From NCBI GenBank assembly GCA_015680685.1, contig MNCI01001083.1, positions 177,989 to 241,988 of the forward strand: a stretch of DNA of 64,000 nucleotides, read 5' to 3'. How positions within the stretch are numbered: position 1 is the first letter of the stretch; every line of letters begins with the position of its first letter. The position numbers and the translations under genes are program-made. The notes beneath the pieces were generated by a model. It saw only the letters and a list, made by a program, of their open reading frames with translations. It was not told the origin of the DNA and ran no database searches. Shown one piece after another: positions 13,866 through 28,227 of the stretch. Source of the stretch: Gnetum montanum. Taxonomy: Eukaryota > Plantae > Gnetophyta.

Positions 13866-14706
13866 TGATGAGTGGCGAGGTACCCATACACTCAACCATA
13901 CAAATACGAGCATTCATGCACGATCCGATCAAACTCCATAGATGGACTAGTTGTGGTATTTGGATTATTACTCATTGATCAGAGTTCATTGTCTTCCCAC
14001 CTAGACTAATATTTTCTTTGTCACGTATGGTTTAGTCTAGAGTGAGTTATATGATGTGGTTCTAACTAGTGCTACTCCTAGAGGCAATGGAAAATAACTT
14101 TGTTTTATGATAAGAGGGAAAGGGTTAAGAGAGTCTAAGCTAGCCTAAGTGTGATGAGAATCTATCCCTTAATCATCCATACACATCTTGGACCCCGTGC
14201 ATGACTACCATTGGGATTACCAAGCGCATGGCCTAGGTACACTACTGGGATACCAAGTAGTCACACTTGAATGCTCATGATTAAGTCATACTCATTCCAT
14301 GTTTAAGGAGTTTAGGATGAAGAGATATTAACTACAAAAGCAATAAATAATAATAATAATTAAATAATTAAACTAAGTGAATGCTACAATGATGAATTAA
14401 TCTCAATCTTTATTTTTGATCATGTGCATGTCCAAGTACATCACACTTGAATAAAGGTCTCATATAATTACAATCATCACACTATGAACATGCACTGAGG
14501 GAAAGGGTTGAGAAGAACTAAAAATGAACTAACTTCTATCTACTAACTGAAAAAAAAAACTCTTTGACTCGTTCTGCCTACATGTGTATTTATAGGCCTA
14601 CACAGGAGTCACAATATCATGTATTTAATATCTCCTCTTAGGTCATGATATCACGTACCTGATATCGGGGGTCCAATATTGGAGCTTATTGAATTGTGAT
14701 TCATCA
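13866..14706 (-). repeat. 5' LTR of the Athila-like element
   Basis: Matches 5948-6782; TG...CA termini; adjacent to the PBS. Confidence 0.93.
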
Positions 14707-15849
14707 TACTTGATAAACTTCAAGGCCAACTTGAGTAGTAGTAGCCAAAAATATTCTCACAAATTCCATTCGCAAAAAAGAAGAAAAGCTTTTTTCAAAA
14801 ATGCAACCTTGACATTGGAGATAGTCTTTGGTAGCTAGGTGAGCTTTAAATTTTTTCACTTGATCATCATGAACTTTTTTATTTTAAATACCCATTTTAA
14901 TCCAATGATTGGCTTACCAGATGGAAGAGAAACAAAGCTCCATGTATTATTTTTGTTGTTCTAATGAATTTTCTTCTCCATTGTGTCTATCCATCAATCA
15001 TCTAGCATAGCTTCAATGACTGTAGATTGGTTTACCAAACCATCAATTTTCCCATTAGCATAAGCAGTGCAAAGAAAATCATCATTCTTTCTAGCAATGA
15101 AGATAGCATTTTCAATGGCCTCCACATTCTATGCTATGCATGTATTGGCTACCTAAAATTGACTATGAGCCATGCACTAGGTAAATTTAGAGTCCTATAT
15201 ATTGGAGCATGGATGATATGCAAAAATATGGTAAATGAACAAGAGTTGTGGAAAGAATGAATTAGCTAAACTAGAAGGAAGAGATGCAACCATAATAGAT
15301 GAAGATATGTGGCATGACTATTTGTATGTATCAACCAAGCTATAGGAAAGAAGATGAACTATGCTAAAATGAAAGGAGATGTGCTAATGATGGAAAATTA
15401 AGATGGGAAAATATTTTTATGTGGAAATAGAGCATCAAGAAATGAGGAATCTATATTTCAAAGCTATAGATCAGGCAAAAAATATTGTGATAACCATAAA
15501 ATCTAGTCACCCTATTATCCTATGCAGTGTTGGAAGTGAGTAGGGTTAAAAATAGTAGTTGCAGGGTTCATGGATGAGGGACAATCAGATGAAAAAAAAT
15601 ACATCTAGAAATAGATGATTGATGAAGGAGTTGAAGTACTAAGGATGGGTGCAATGCATGAACAACAAAAGAGACTTTAAGTTCTTGTCATTGGGTTGTG
15701 CTATTAGAAAGCATTGAGAAGGAAGTGGCTAGAGAAAAATCAAGTAGATGGAGGTAGAGAGGAATAACTCCTGAAAGGATTATTATCAACTACATAAAGA
15801 GAGGAATTGTTATTTTTGTGGCATCAACACCCATAATACTTTTGGATGT

Positions 15850-18800
15850 TAGTCTAGAAAGATGTATGAAAGAAAGGTAAAGAAAAAATTGTAGAACATG
15901 AAGATCAGCAACACTATCAACAAAAAGCTGAACTATTATTTTACATTGAAAAAGAGGAAGATCAATTCTTGATTTCATCAAAGCTACCAAATTTTAATAG
16001 TAATAACAATATTTTTTATGTTGATAATGATTGTAGAAGTCACATTACAAGTAATAAGATATTATTCTCAAGTTTAGAAAAATATGATGGAAAGGTAACA
16101 ATTGGTAATGGGAAGAACATAATCATTACTAGGATTGGATCACTTGCCTTCACAACAACTCAAGGTAATAAATATATTATCTTCTAGATATATTATGTTA
16201 TGGATATTTCAAAGAATTTATTAAGTATTGGTCAACTATGTCGTAATAATTCTCATGTAGAATTTGGAAAAGATGCTTGTAAGATTTTTAAGGCTAATGA
16301 TGATAAAAGTATTTCCATTATCCCTATTAGAAAGAATAAGATGTATAAGTTACGAATGCAAAAGGATGTTCATTGTTGCATCATCATAGATGACATAGCA
16401 TGGCTATGGCATGAATGGTTGAGACATGTCAACTTTGGCTCTTTCGACCACATGTAAGAAGGAGAAATTATAAGAGGTATAACCAAATTTTCTTTTGTAG
16501 ATAATCATGGTGGTAGCATATGTTAACCAAAAAAAATTATAAGGTTATCATTTTCTACGAAAGAACATAGATCTCAAGAAAAATTAGATCTAGTTTGTAT
16601 GGATTTATGTTGTCCAATGAAAACATTGAGCCTAGGAAAAAAACATATATATGCTAGTGATAGTAGATGATTTTTCAAGATTTTCTTGGGGATATTTTCC
16701 CAAACTAAAATATCAAACATTGGGATTTGTTACAACATTCAAGGTGGAAGTTGAAAATTAGTGTGGCAATACAATTAAAAAAATCCAAGCAAATCATGAT
16801 GATGAATTTTTATGTAATGAATTTTATGAATTTTGTAAAAATTATGGGATTATTCATCAAATCACCACATCATTTGCACCTAAACAAAATGGAATAGCTT
16901 AGAGGAAGAACAAGATAGTTAAAATGGCAAGGTGTTTTGTTCAAATATTAGGATTGATAAATTAGCTCTAGATTGAAGCATGTTATAAAACAATTTATGT
17001 TGGATTTATGTTTGTATTTGAAATAAAAGATTAGATGAATTATTGTATGGCTATATTCCAAATAGTTCACATTTAAAAACATTTGGATCTCCTTTCGATC
17101 TACAAATTCCTATACAAAAATGACAAAAAATAGATCATAAATCATTATTTTGTATTTATATTGGATATTGTGCAAATTCCAAAGGATATAAATGTTATGC
17201 TTGTGAATGGAAAAAGGTGTTAGAATCACATGATCTGATTTTTATGGAACATAGTCAGTATGTCAATAACATTGCAAAATGAAAATTTACAGAAAATGTG
17301 AACAAAAACAATGGCTTAAATTTGCAGCTGAAAGGACTTTCCTCCATGATGTTATAATGTGATATGATATTAGCCAATATACATAGCCCTTTTTATAGCC
17401 TTAACAACATGCTGGGTAATAGCTCCGTCTATTCTAGTCTACATCCTTTAGAAATATTTCGTTTGTAAGTACACCAACGATAATGTCTAATCTTCTCTAA
17501 AATAACTGATAATAATCCTTCCATTGATGGCTGCATTCAAAGTCCACCAATTATTTCTCTCTACTATCATCTACCTAATTTCTCTCCTACTACTCTCTTC
17601 TCTCCACTTTCTAGTAGCACAATCCAATGACAAGAATTTTTTAGATCTTCCACTATTCATGTCCTACACCCATCCTTACTACTTTAACTTCACCATCCAT
17701 CACCTATTTTTGGATGTATTTATTCTCCATAGGATTCTCCTTTATCCATGAATCTTATAAATAATGTCTTTAACCCTTTTCACTTTCGAAACTACATAGG
17801 ACAATAGGGTGACTAGATTTTATGGCCATCATAATATTTTTTGCCTAATCTATAGCCTTGGACAATAGATGATGCACTTGATAATGTTCATTTGCTACCT
17901 AGAAACACTGGCTCTTCTCAATTTTCCATCATTATAATACCTTCTTCCATTCTGGAATAGTCCTCTGTCTACCCTGTAGGTCTCTCCTATAGCATGGCTT
18001 ATCCACATAAATAGTCAGGTTGTGTATCTTCAGCCACTATGGTTGCCTCTCCTTCTTCTGGTTCAATTGAGCCATTCTATCTATTGCTCCCATCGAATTC
18101 TATCTTCAACTAATCCTATACAATCATTTATAAAAAATATATTTTGTGATGATTATATTTTCATTTATTTATACATAAATGATTTAATTTATTTCTCATC
18201 TACAATTGCATTGGGAAATAATTGTCTTAATGCCATGAAAAATGAATTTGAAATGTCTAACCTAGGGAAGATGCCATATTTTTTTATATTTCAAGTTATC
18301 TAAAGATCAAAATCAATTTCTATATGCCAAATGAAATTTTCCTAATCCATAATTAAAAAATTTAGCTTGATTAATTGTAATCCCTTGGGTACATCACTCT
18401 CCCTTGGAATAAAACTTACAAAGGAAGATACATCTCCATTTATCAAATCTTCATTATATGGTTCCCTTGTTGTTAGCCTCATGTATCTATCCAATACCTA
18501 CCCAAACATTTAATTCATTTTAATTATCTCTCCTAGATCATGCAATATCTACATGAATCACATTGAAAAGCTACAAAGAAAGTTCTATGATATCTAAGAA
18601 CTACAACAAATTATGGGATCATATTTCATTAACTTAAAAATTTCAACATATAGGGATACACTAACATAGACTAGGGAGGTGACCTTAAAGATCATAAATC
18701 AACTTCTAGTTTTTGTTTTTTCTTTAGTCCATTACTTATCTCCTAGGAATTAAAGAAGTAAACTACAGTCACCCTCTCAATAGTAGAATTAGAATACATA

Positions 18801-19551
18801 GTTACATGAAACACTTCTACTTAGGCCATATGGGTTCACTCCATTTTCCCTAAAATGAAATATACTCTTGAATCTCTCATTTGTTTATACTATGATAGAA
18901 AAAGTGTTATTAATATTGCTCATAATTCTATCCCTCATCAACATATCAAACACATAGATATCAAGCATCTTCATCACAGAAGCTTAATCCAAGATAACAC
19001 ACTCAACATGGAGCATTATAAAACTGAAGCATAAATGGTAGATATTTTTACCAATATTCTAATTCATGAAAATTTTGAATCTTTTAGAGACATCCTTGGA
19101 GTGAAACCTCTTACCATCATGGGGTTTGGGGTTGTGTGGAGAGGGTGGGCAGGGGGGGGGTGCGGGGGTGTGTGTTTTGTGGTGGGAAGGGAGGGGGAAG
19201 AGATTTTATGAAATATAATGATTAGATGTTTCACAAAATTATTAGATAGATCTCATCCATAAATCTATATTAAATAAGATGAGATCTAATTCATATAATT
19301 CCTATCTAAGCCCCATTATTATTTAATCTCCTATTAAGAATATCGTTAATGAGATGATAAGGATCATCCCCATGATTTTCTATATTTATTCTTATATCTT
19401 CAAATCTATTCTTGAGAGATCAAGACCTATATAATTATAGCATCATATGTTCATTAGTAATAGAATTTAAGCAAGCATGTGTTTTTTATAACATATTTCC
19501 TCATTACTTCTTAATCTTAGATCATAGATCTAGGGTCCTTTAGGTTTTTCA
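15850..19551 (+). mobile_element. Ty1/Copia remnant B (protease, GAG-pre-integrase, integrase, 3' half of RT, RNase H, PPT, 3' LTR ~19205-19551)
   Basis: FYVDNDCRSHITS (protease), WLWHEWLRHVNF, DLVCMDLCCPM and PKQNGIA (INT), NAMKNEFEMSNLG (RT), KHIDIKH (RNase H); 5' half of RT deleted near 18110; same family as remnant A. Confidence 0.88.
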
Positions 19552-20779
19552 TTTCATTCATTCTGCTTCTCTATGCATCCATCCTCTTGCAACTATGGTT
19601 GTCTACCATGTATGATTTTCTACACCCTTATGTAGATTAATAGTCAAATGAGTTTATTATACTAAAGCAAAACCCATGAGATGAAAAGGTTTTATCACTT
19701 TATTTAGGCACTTTCAATATGCTACTACATCCTCTACAATATGAACATTTAAATATTTTAGCCTTCTAAACTACTTCATAAGTGCTTGCTAAATGGTCCT
19801 CCTACCATTAGTGTTGAAGTAATCAGGTTGATATTATTCATTGTTAACAAAATTAGAATAATTTTGACTTTTGATATAGTTAAACATCTCCCTCATTACA
19901 TTAGTTTAAATGTCTTTCTAACTAGGATGATCAAGGTTTGCACTATCTAGGATCTTATAAATCTTTCTTTGCAATATTCTATAACACAAATATGAGCTTA
20001 CTTGTCAAACCTAAAGGAATTTTAGGCAACAAAGAAATTTATTGTCTTGAATTCATAATGATTGGTTAATAAAATTTATATTTCTGAAAACCTTAGGAAG
20101 TTCTCTACAATTTGGAACTAAGAAGTAATACAAAGGGTATCCAAAATTTGAGGGTATATTATGTTCTTTCCAATCTATAAAAAATTATAGTAATTTAGGT
20201 CATTCAAATTTGAGAGATTATAACATAAAAGTTGTTCAATTTATAATGCTTAAATGTTAAAAAATTCTTTCCATAGATATTATCTTTCAAAAAAATCTAA
20301 TATCACATCAAATCATTATACTATGNTTGATGATTTGATAATTAAATAATCAAATTCTTACTGAATTTATGTTAATGTTTACATGATACATATTTCCAAG
20401 AGATGCCTTTGATATATATATATCACAAGTAGGACAAAATTTATTAAAAATAACACTATATCCCCAATGAAAAAAAAAACTTAAAAACTATATATAAATA
20501 TATGGATTGGGACTAAAATAATATTACAACTATTTTTCAATCTATAAATTTTCTTATTTTATTAATATAAACTTCTATAGTATAAGAAAAAATAAAAAAT
20601 TATTATCTTCTACTCTAAAAAGCCATCAATCGCTCCTTTGAATGGAAGACAATCTTCATTCTTCATCTTTGATTTCTTCTTTCTTTATCATTATCTGAAT
20701 TCCTATAGATTCATTGAGGTACTTGATCTTATGATATAAAATATTTTTTATTACCAAGTTAGGAAATTATTCTTACAAA

Positions 20780-23700
20780 CTAATATGAATGGGTTTGATG
20801 GTTTCTTCTTTGACTTATTCTTTGATGAAATAGTACTTGATGTCAATGTGTTTGGATTTTTTGGGATGCAAATAATCTTAGTATATTTAAATTATAACTA
20901 TATTGTCATAATACAAATTTGTAGGAAGATCAACATCAAATCCTATGTAAGAGAATTTTATTTAGCTAGATTATGTGTTGTAGGCATTCAACCATGCTAA
21001 TAAACTTTGCTTTAAAACTAGATAAGCTTATGGATGATTCTTTCTTTGATTTTCATTATATGGATCTTTTTCCATGCATAATAAGAAATCCTAATGTGGA
21101 TTTTCTATCATCATTATCTCCTATCTATTTAGCATCAAATTATACATGAGGATTATAGTCTTCTTTCATAAATTAGATCCTAAAGTTTCAAGTTCCTTTT
21201 ACATACTTGAGGAGATGTACAAGTTCTTGCATTTGAGATTTTCTTGGCTCTTGCATGAATATGGATAAGTATGATGTTGCATAATTTAAATTTGGTTAGC
21301 TATGGTATGGGAAATAAACTAATCCAATAATGGTTCTATACATAGTTGCATATATGAGATGAGTCTTATCTTTGTTGGTTAACTTTAATTTATATTGCAA
21401 AAGACTATTGACTAGCTTCTCATTCTTTAGATTTAATTTTTCAATGATGGAATTTACATATTGGTTTAAGAAATCTTTACTTCCTACTTATTTTAGTTCA
21501 CTTGAATTACTAGAAATTATTTGAATTTTCATGGTCCTTCATTTTGAATTTAATTTCCATATGATTCTTAAAATCTTCTACTAGCCTTTTACTAGTGAAA
21601 ATAAAAATAGTGCCATCTACATATACTAATATGATGATGAAATCTTCCCCTTTCTTCTTGATATATAGTGTTACTTCAAACATGAAATTTTAATAATTTT
21701 TTCTTTTAAGATAGTTGTTAATTCTCTAGAACTAGGTCCTATGTACTTTCTTTAAATCATATAGAGCTTTGTTAAGTTTGCATATGTTGTTTTATTTTTG
21801 TTTGATAACATAACCTTCAAGCTAGTATATGTATACTTCTTCTTTGATGTATTGATTTATAAATGCTAAGTTGACATACATTTGTTTAACCTTTAGATCT
21901 TTCTGTACTACTATGGAAAGAATAATCTTAATTGTTTTAAATCTTGCCACTAATGCAAAGATTTCTTCATGGTCAATTTATTTTTTTTTTTCAATTCTCT
22001 TTCAACAAGTCTTTCTTTGTATGTTGTAACTTCTCCTATCTCATTGTACTTTGTTTTATATATATACTTGTAATTAATAACCTTTTTTATCTTTATGTTT
22101 ATCCACTAATTCACAAGTGTTATTTCTTATGATGGCATTGTACTCTTTATCCATGACTTCTTTCTAGACTTCTAATTTCATGACTTCATTAACATTGATT
22201 ACCTTACTTAAGACTAATAGACACATCATATTTGTAATATTATAAGATCTTGTAATTCTTCTTTTAAAATTTATTCCTAGCATTTGAGTGTGATGATGGT
22301 CTCTTTAAATCCAAGGTTTTGAACTTTGATATATGTTTGATTTCTTTTAGTATTTAACAAAGTTAGTTGTACCAAATATTGGCACATTAAACATAACATT
22401 TTTTGAAACATGCCATTTTTGATTCACTAGTGTGAGAATCATAACTAAGGAACATGTATTTCTTTTTAAATTCTTCAAGTTTTTCAATAAAATTTTTTAG
22501 GGTCTTTACATAGCAATGATACCCAAATATTCTTATATGACATAGGTTAGAAATTCTATTGTATATAAATTTATATGGAGATCGATCTTCATACTTTTGG
22601 TGATGATTCAATTAGAAATATAACAAGAAGTTATGATTATCATAGTCTAGTATTGGGTTGACAATGGGGCATGCTTTAGGAAGAACCATAACATATCTTA
22701 TATTTTTATATTCTTTCTTTTAGCTACTTCATTTGATTGCACATTATATCCATATCTGGTCTAATGAAAGATACTATTTTCTTTATAGAACTTGTAAGAT
22801 TGTTTATTTATTAATTTACCTTCTTTCTCTCATCTAATGATCTTAATCTTGATATTCATGGAGTTTTCAATTACTTTTTGGAAAATTTTAAAGTATTTCA
22901 TAGCTTCATCCTTTATCTTTAAACTATAAGTTAAGGTTTATCTTTTGTATTCATCTACTATGTCCATGAAATAATTTGCCTCTATTATTAAAATATTAAG
23001 CATCAACTCAAATATATCCATATTTAGAACATCGAATTATTTTTCCTTCATTATCATGTAAGAGTTATGATGAGAATTCTATGCAATTCTTACATTTATC
23101 TTGATAAAAAATATGACTTTTTTTTCTATATTTTTTCGTATTTAAACATTCTTTCAATTTTGTGATAGGATGTGTGACCATGCCTTGCATGCAAAAGTTT
23201 GAAATTCATGATATCCTTCTTATTCTTTTACTTGATTTCATCTTTGGTTAGGATTTGATTGGCTTATATTATAAGGACATGATTTTCTTTAGTATGTTTT
23301 CTTATCATGACTCATTTTTGGATGAAATAGTCATATTCAAGGCAATATATTCTATTATTCAAGGCTTTTATTTTTATGATTTCATCACCATTGGATTTTT
23401 TGATAATGAAGAAATTGTTCCAAAACTTATACTATTTCCTCCATTATAGACTTCTTGAACAAAGATAAGATGGTTGGAAAGATTGGAAATATAATACACA
23501 TTGAAAATGGTGACTTTTAGTCCATCGTGTTGTTTAACTATATAATATTCTATTCCTTCTATGAATATGTATTTTCCATCTCCTATTTTGATGTTACAAA
23601 GAATGTTGTTTGTTTTGTAATTTAAAAGATAATTTTTCTAGGGTGTCATGTGACTAGAACATCCACTTTCTATAATCTAAGAATTCACCTTTGTTTCTTT

Positions 23701-23790
23701 AATTGAATTAAAGGTTGCATAATTTCCTAGATCTTCTTCTTAAGTATCCTTTTGAGATGAAGAGGGACTATCTTTGTATTGCATGGAAAA
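20780..23790 (-). mobile_element. Ty1/Copia remnant C, heavily decayed pol, no LTRs seen
   Basis: IESGCSSHMT (protease, ~23650), LHARHGH (~23180), RIFGYHCYVK (INT end), KLNKALYDLK and ILVYVDG (RT), KSKHIDIKYYF-like RNase H (~20830-20860). Confidence 0.82.
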
Positions 23791-23796
23791 TTTAGT

Positions 23797-25200
23797 TGTT
23801 GGAAAATCAAAAATCCCAAGTGTGATAGCCTAACCCTAGATCCCAAGGGCCTCCAAAAAATAGGATCCAAGGTGGTCTAGATGGTCTTGTTGATCACCCT
23901 AGGACTTAAAAAGTGTAAATGATAAAATTAAATAGGAATGAAATTGAAGATTCAAATGAAAATAAATTATCATAAAATTAAACTTGAAATTAAATTTGCA
24001 TTACAAATGAATTGAAAAATTTATTGAATGAAAGTGTAAAGTTCAAGAAGTACAAATTGTATGCTCAAAGCATAAGAATTTGGCTTAGATAGAGCTTGAA
24101 GCCTATTGGAGCCAAAAGGTTGTGTTTTGTAGTCAAACTCCACAATCTGGCTTTCTCCTAACATCAATCTATTACAACTCCTTACTGGTTTTCATTCAAG
24201 TTTATAACTTTGGATATAGGTGGTGTAAATAGCGTCATACAGTCTTGTTCTAATGGTACTATTTTAAGGGTCTATAGTGCTCAGCCTAGATGCCAAATGG
24301 AGTGTAGAAGTGGTCAAGTTTGCAAAACAAGGATATGGGTTGTACAAATGATCATTTAAGATTGCTCAAAATTGCAAAATTGTTGATCCTAAATAATGTG
24401 TTTACATTTGGCTTTTATAAGCTTTAGGTTGTTTATTTTAGGCTATAAATTTCTACCATGATTGCTAAAAAATTGGTATTGGTTGCATGTGTAATAGCTA
24501 TGATTCCCCAACATAGATGACCATTTATAGTAAGTCTTAATGCACCAAGGTCAACAAAACCCATCTGCATACTAAAAATAGTAAACAGACTTTTGGGACT
24601 ATGCTAGCCTTCACCTTAATTACACGAGCCTAGGAGGACTATAATTACACTTGTTGAAATTTTTTGAAATGGGGTGACTACGTTAGTCATACTGTAGTTG
24701 CTCTAAATCCATGATGACTACATTGGCCATGCTGCCACCATTGGAAAATGCCATGCATACACTAGAAATTTCTGGAAAAATGGAGACCCTAATAACTCCG
24801 ACATTAGATGTGTATAGCTACATTGGGTTTTGTGATGACTATGCTAGTTTTTGTTGGAAAACATAAAAGTCCAACATCTATGTTGGGGGTAGGTAGTTCT
24901 AGCATAGTTGAGGCTATATCCCTACAAAAACAAATGAGAATGCCAAATTTGAAAGTCCCAAAGGCATTTTAAGCCTTTCCAAGCTTATATATAGACATGA
25001 TAGAAGTTTTTCTACTTGGGAAGTGAGGCAATAATAGCTTATGAGGCATTTTTCAGCCCAAAATGTTAAGGTATGCAAGATTGTAGCTCATGGGCCACAA
25101 ACCTTGCATTTACAATAAGATCTTACCTCAAGTTGGATGGTGAAGGTTATAAGTTACAAGTATTTTCTTGGTGGTGTTTCATTGGTCCCTCTTTCTTGAT
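23797..25200 (-). repeat. Long-LTR-like segment (probable 3' LTR end of the Tat element)
   Basis: Colinear with 52554-53975; both begin TG(T/C)TGGAA at a sharp boundary. The inner boundary is not resolved. Confidence 0.65.
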
Positions 25201-27656
25201 GTTTGGAGGATTGATCCAAGAGACATTGACAAAGAATACAAAACACCACTGCAAGCCCATCACTAATGTTTCCTCTTTACACTTGATCCTTTAGTGTTGA
25301 ACCATGTCAAAGAGTTCTTATGATAATGATATAAGGTTATGATGAGGTGATAAAAGTTGCAATTTATATTTGGTCACTAAAAGATGGTCATGAAGGCTAA
25401 CAATTAGTTCTAGATGTTGACATCATGGCTACAATATGGAACTGATATGTTAAATAATCAATAAGATCTTTGTGCTTCATGTCTTGAAGTGTTGGCCACC
25501 TATAATGTTCTTGAGGAACCAACACTGCACTCCAAGGTTTCATAGGTCATTAGGCTCCTCCCTTTGCATGTTTTGAGCCATTTGTTCATCTTTTAATCTT
25601 TATTAGTCATTTGGCTTCTTGGTAATTCACTTTTTTTTTGCGGAGCGGGGGTGGGGGGCGAGGGTGGGGTTGTGGAATGAAACTTTCATTAGGTTTCATT
25701 GTTAAGGCCAAGCTTGATTTGGTTTTCCTGTTGAATGAGATGTGTTACATTAAACAAACTTGATGGTGGAGCATGATGCATGGGATATCAAATGACCATA
25801 ATGCATTTGTTAAGCATAGGTTATCATTGTTATTTAGATCAAGGAATGTAATAATTAGGCTATGGGGTTGGACTCAAGGAATGGTAAAAGGAGTGAAGTG
25901 AAATAAGCATGTCTTGGCATAGCTAGACAAACTCACCAAATCTTGCCCATCAAGGTCCCATGGTGAGTTGTTGCCATAATGAGTTGCACCTTCATGATGA
26001 CTCTAGGCTTCATCCTGTAGGCACAACTCGAAGAGAAGAATAAAACAAGATAAACAAAATGTGTCATCACAATACAATGCATAGTGCTCCATGAAAGAAT
26101 CAACAAATAAGCCATAAAATATCACAATTTTTACACCCAAAAGGGATCTACATCTTACATTATAGCTATTACAAAGTTTTTTAGTTCATTTTTCATGCAA
26201 AAATAGGTAGAGAAAAGAATGTTAGCTTCCTTGTTATTGGTTACTATGGTCATTTATGTTGATGTTGGTGCCTACAAAGAAATCATGTTAGATGTAATAA
26301 GGTTTAAATAAAAATGATTAACCAAGTTTTCCAATTCATTCCCATCCCTATCTACTTTTTTGAAGGTTGCATTTCCATAGGCTTAGGTGATTAAAAAAGA
26401 TCCTTCCTAGTTAGCTAAGAATTTTTCCACATGCTCATAGATATCTTTGAGAACCAAGTCTCCTTTCTTAATCTTTTATTTGTTTAGGTCATGGAGATGT
26501 TATTTATGCCTTTCTTGGTATTATTCGATGTGAGCAAGTGTTCATACCTATTGCTCCTCCATTGAGTCTATGTCCATGATACACAACTTCTTATTCTATT
26601 CATCATTAGTAAAATATGATAGAGCTACTCTTAGTGATGGAACATGAAATTCAAGAGGCAAAACAACTTTAGAACCATAAATCAAGCTCTATGGAGTTAT
26701 ACCAGTTATGGTTCGATAGGTTGTTCAGTAGGTCCAAAGTGCATGGACAAGCCACTCATACCACTTGCATCTAATGTTAGTTAGCATCTTTTTTAGCAAG
26801 TTTATGATGGCCTTGTTTCTAGCATTAGCTTGTCCATTGGCTTGATGGTCTATGGTGATGAAAAGGAATGCTTAATGCCTAGGTCATGACAAAAGTTTTT
26901 CATTTCTTAGCTACTAAGTTATGGTCCATTATCTATGACTATGGTCATAGGTATGTTAAAATGTGCTACTATGTTTTCAAGTATAAATCTATAGACTTGT
27001 TGAGATGTTACCTTCCTTAGGGGAATAACTTCAACTCACTTCATGATGTATTTGGTTGCAGTGATGATGAAACTATGCCCCATGGAAGACTTAGGCATTA
27101 TAAGTTCAATGATATCCAACCTCCACTATTGAAACAACCAAGTTATCTGAGTAGTGTGTAACTTAGTTGGTGGCACATGTATTACGTTGCTATTCTATTA
27201 ACACCTTATATAAGAAATTTTTCTTCATATAAGACTAGTCATAGGCTAGTCACCTAATTTTAGCTGCCATGACTTTAGGTCTTATATGTCCTCCATATAT
27301 ACCCCATGAATTTTCTCAAGGATTATGTGGGCTTCAATTTTCCCCAAGAACACTAACAATATGCCATCATAGAATCATCAACATAATGTATTATCACCTA
27401 TGATAACATACTATTTTGATCATTTATGTACAACATCCTTTTGAGAAGTAGTCAGGCCTTATGGTGATTCACCATGTATGAGATAAAACTTGATATCATT
27501 CTACCATTCCCTTGATGGGATGGTACTAATAGAGGCTAAAACGTTATCCTTAGTATTTTGCATGATGGGAATAGAATAGTTCACAGTTAAGAAAGGAAAT
27601 TTTCTAAGCACATCAAGCATCACACTAAGAGTTAAGGTTGCAATGGTGTCAGCAAG

Positions 27657-28227
27657 TGTCATGTCCCCATTACCAAATGATGTTGTTGCATAACAAAGAT
27701 GGTGCCTCTTCATAACAATTGTTATTGTTATCATAACAAGGCCTAAAAGGGTAGTTGTGACTGAGACTTGAAAGGGCACATTATAACAATGAATGTCTCT
27801 GGAGATAACCTTTGGGGGTTTGACCTAAGGCATTTATACCTAGGCTTAGAGATCATGCCCAACATGGAGTCACAGAGTTAGTAAGGCAAGTTACAAGAAC
27901 CAGGTGAAGTAGGATAGGAAGTGGACTAGCCATCCCTTCTGGCTAGGTTATAGGACTAATAGTGGTAGCAGTATTGGATTGCTTCTAAGGGATAGATGCC
28001 AAAGGAAGAAATCCCCAAGGAACACTCTCATATCATGATTTAGATACACTATTCTATATCTATGAAGCATTCTTTTCTTTCTCTTTCTCCACTTTCTCTA
28101 TTATTTTCTTTATGCATAATGTTGAATATTGCATATATTGATGTTTGGTATATTATCTTCTTATGCATAATGTCTAATATAATGTATATTTTATGTTTTC
28201 CTTAACATCTAGGAATAGGATGTCATA
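27657..28227 (+). mobile_element. Solo LTR (~570 bp) of the 57441-63088 family, inserted in the Tat aRNase H
   Basis: Matches both LTRs of the 57441-63088 element; TSD GCAAG/GCTAG; removing it restores ENVLADT on the minus strand. Confidence 0.9.

Larger units (their letters stand above)
5948..14706 (-). mobile_element. Complete non-autonomous Athila-like Ty3/Gypsy element (gag + ORF2, no recognisable pol)
   Basis: Paired LTRs at 5948-6782 and 13866-14706; TSD TAGTT (5943-5947)/TACTT (14707-14711); PBS and PPT present. Confidence 0.93.
4269..15800 (-). mobile_element. Ty1/Copia remnant A (3' LTR ~4269-4592, RNase H/RT 4762-5947 and 14707-15140, INT-RT linker to ~15800), split by the Athila-like insertion
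   Basis: RT motifs NNTWSFV.LP.GK..IGLKWVFK, EVYQ|LDMASTFVNG (rejoined across the insertion) and YKLHKALYGLKQ; the LTR is the reverse complement of 19205-19551. Confidence 0.88.

Noticed and set aside
15240-18110. Large inverted repeat or foldback element (15240-15790 vs 17510-18090)
   Set aside because: Explained as the homologous INT-RT linker of two oppositely oriented copies of one Copia family.
19660-20470. Decayed unknown ORF on the minus strand
   Set aside because: Stop frequency is not clearly below what AT-rich DNA would give, and no motif was recognised.
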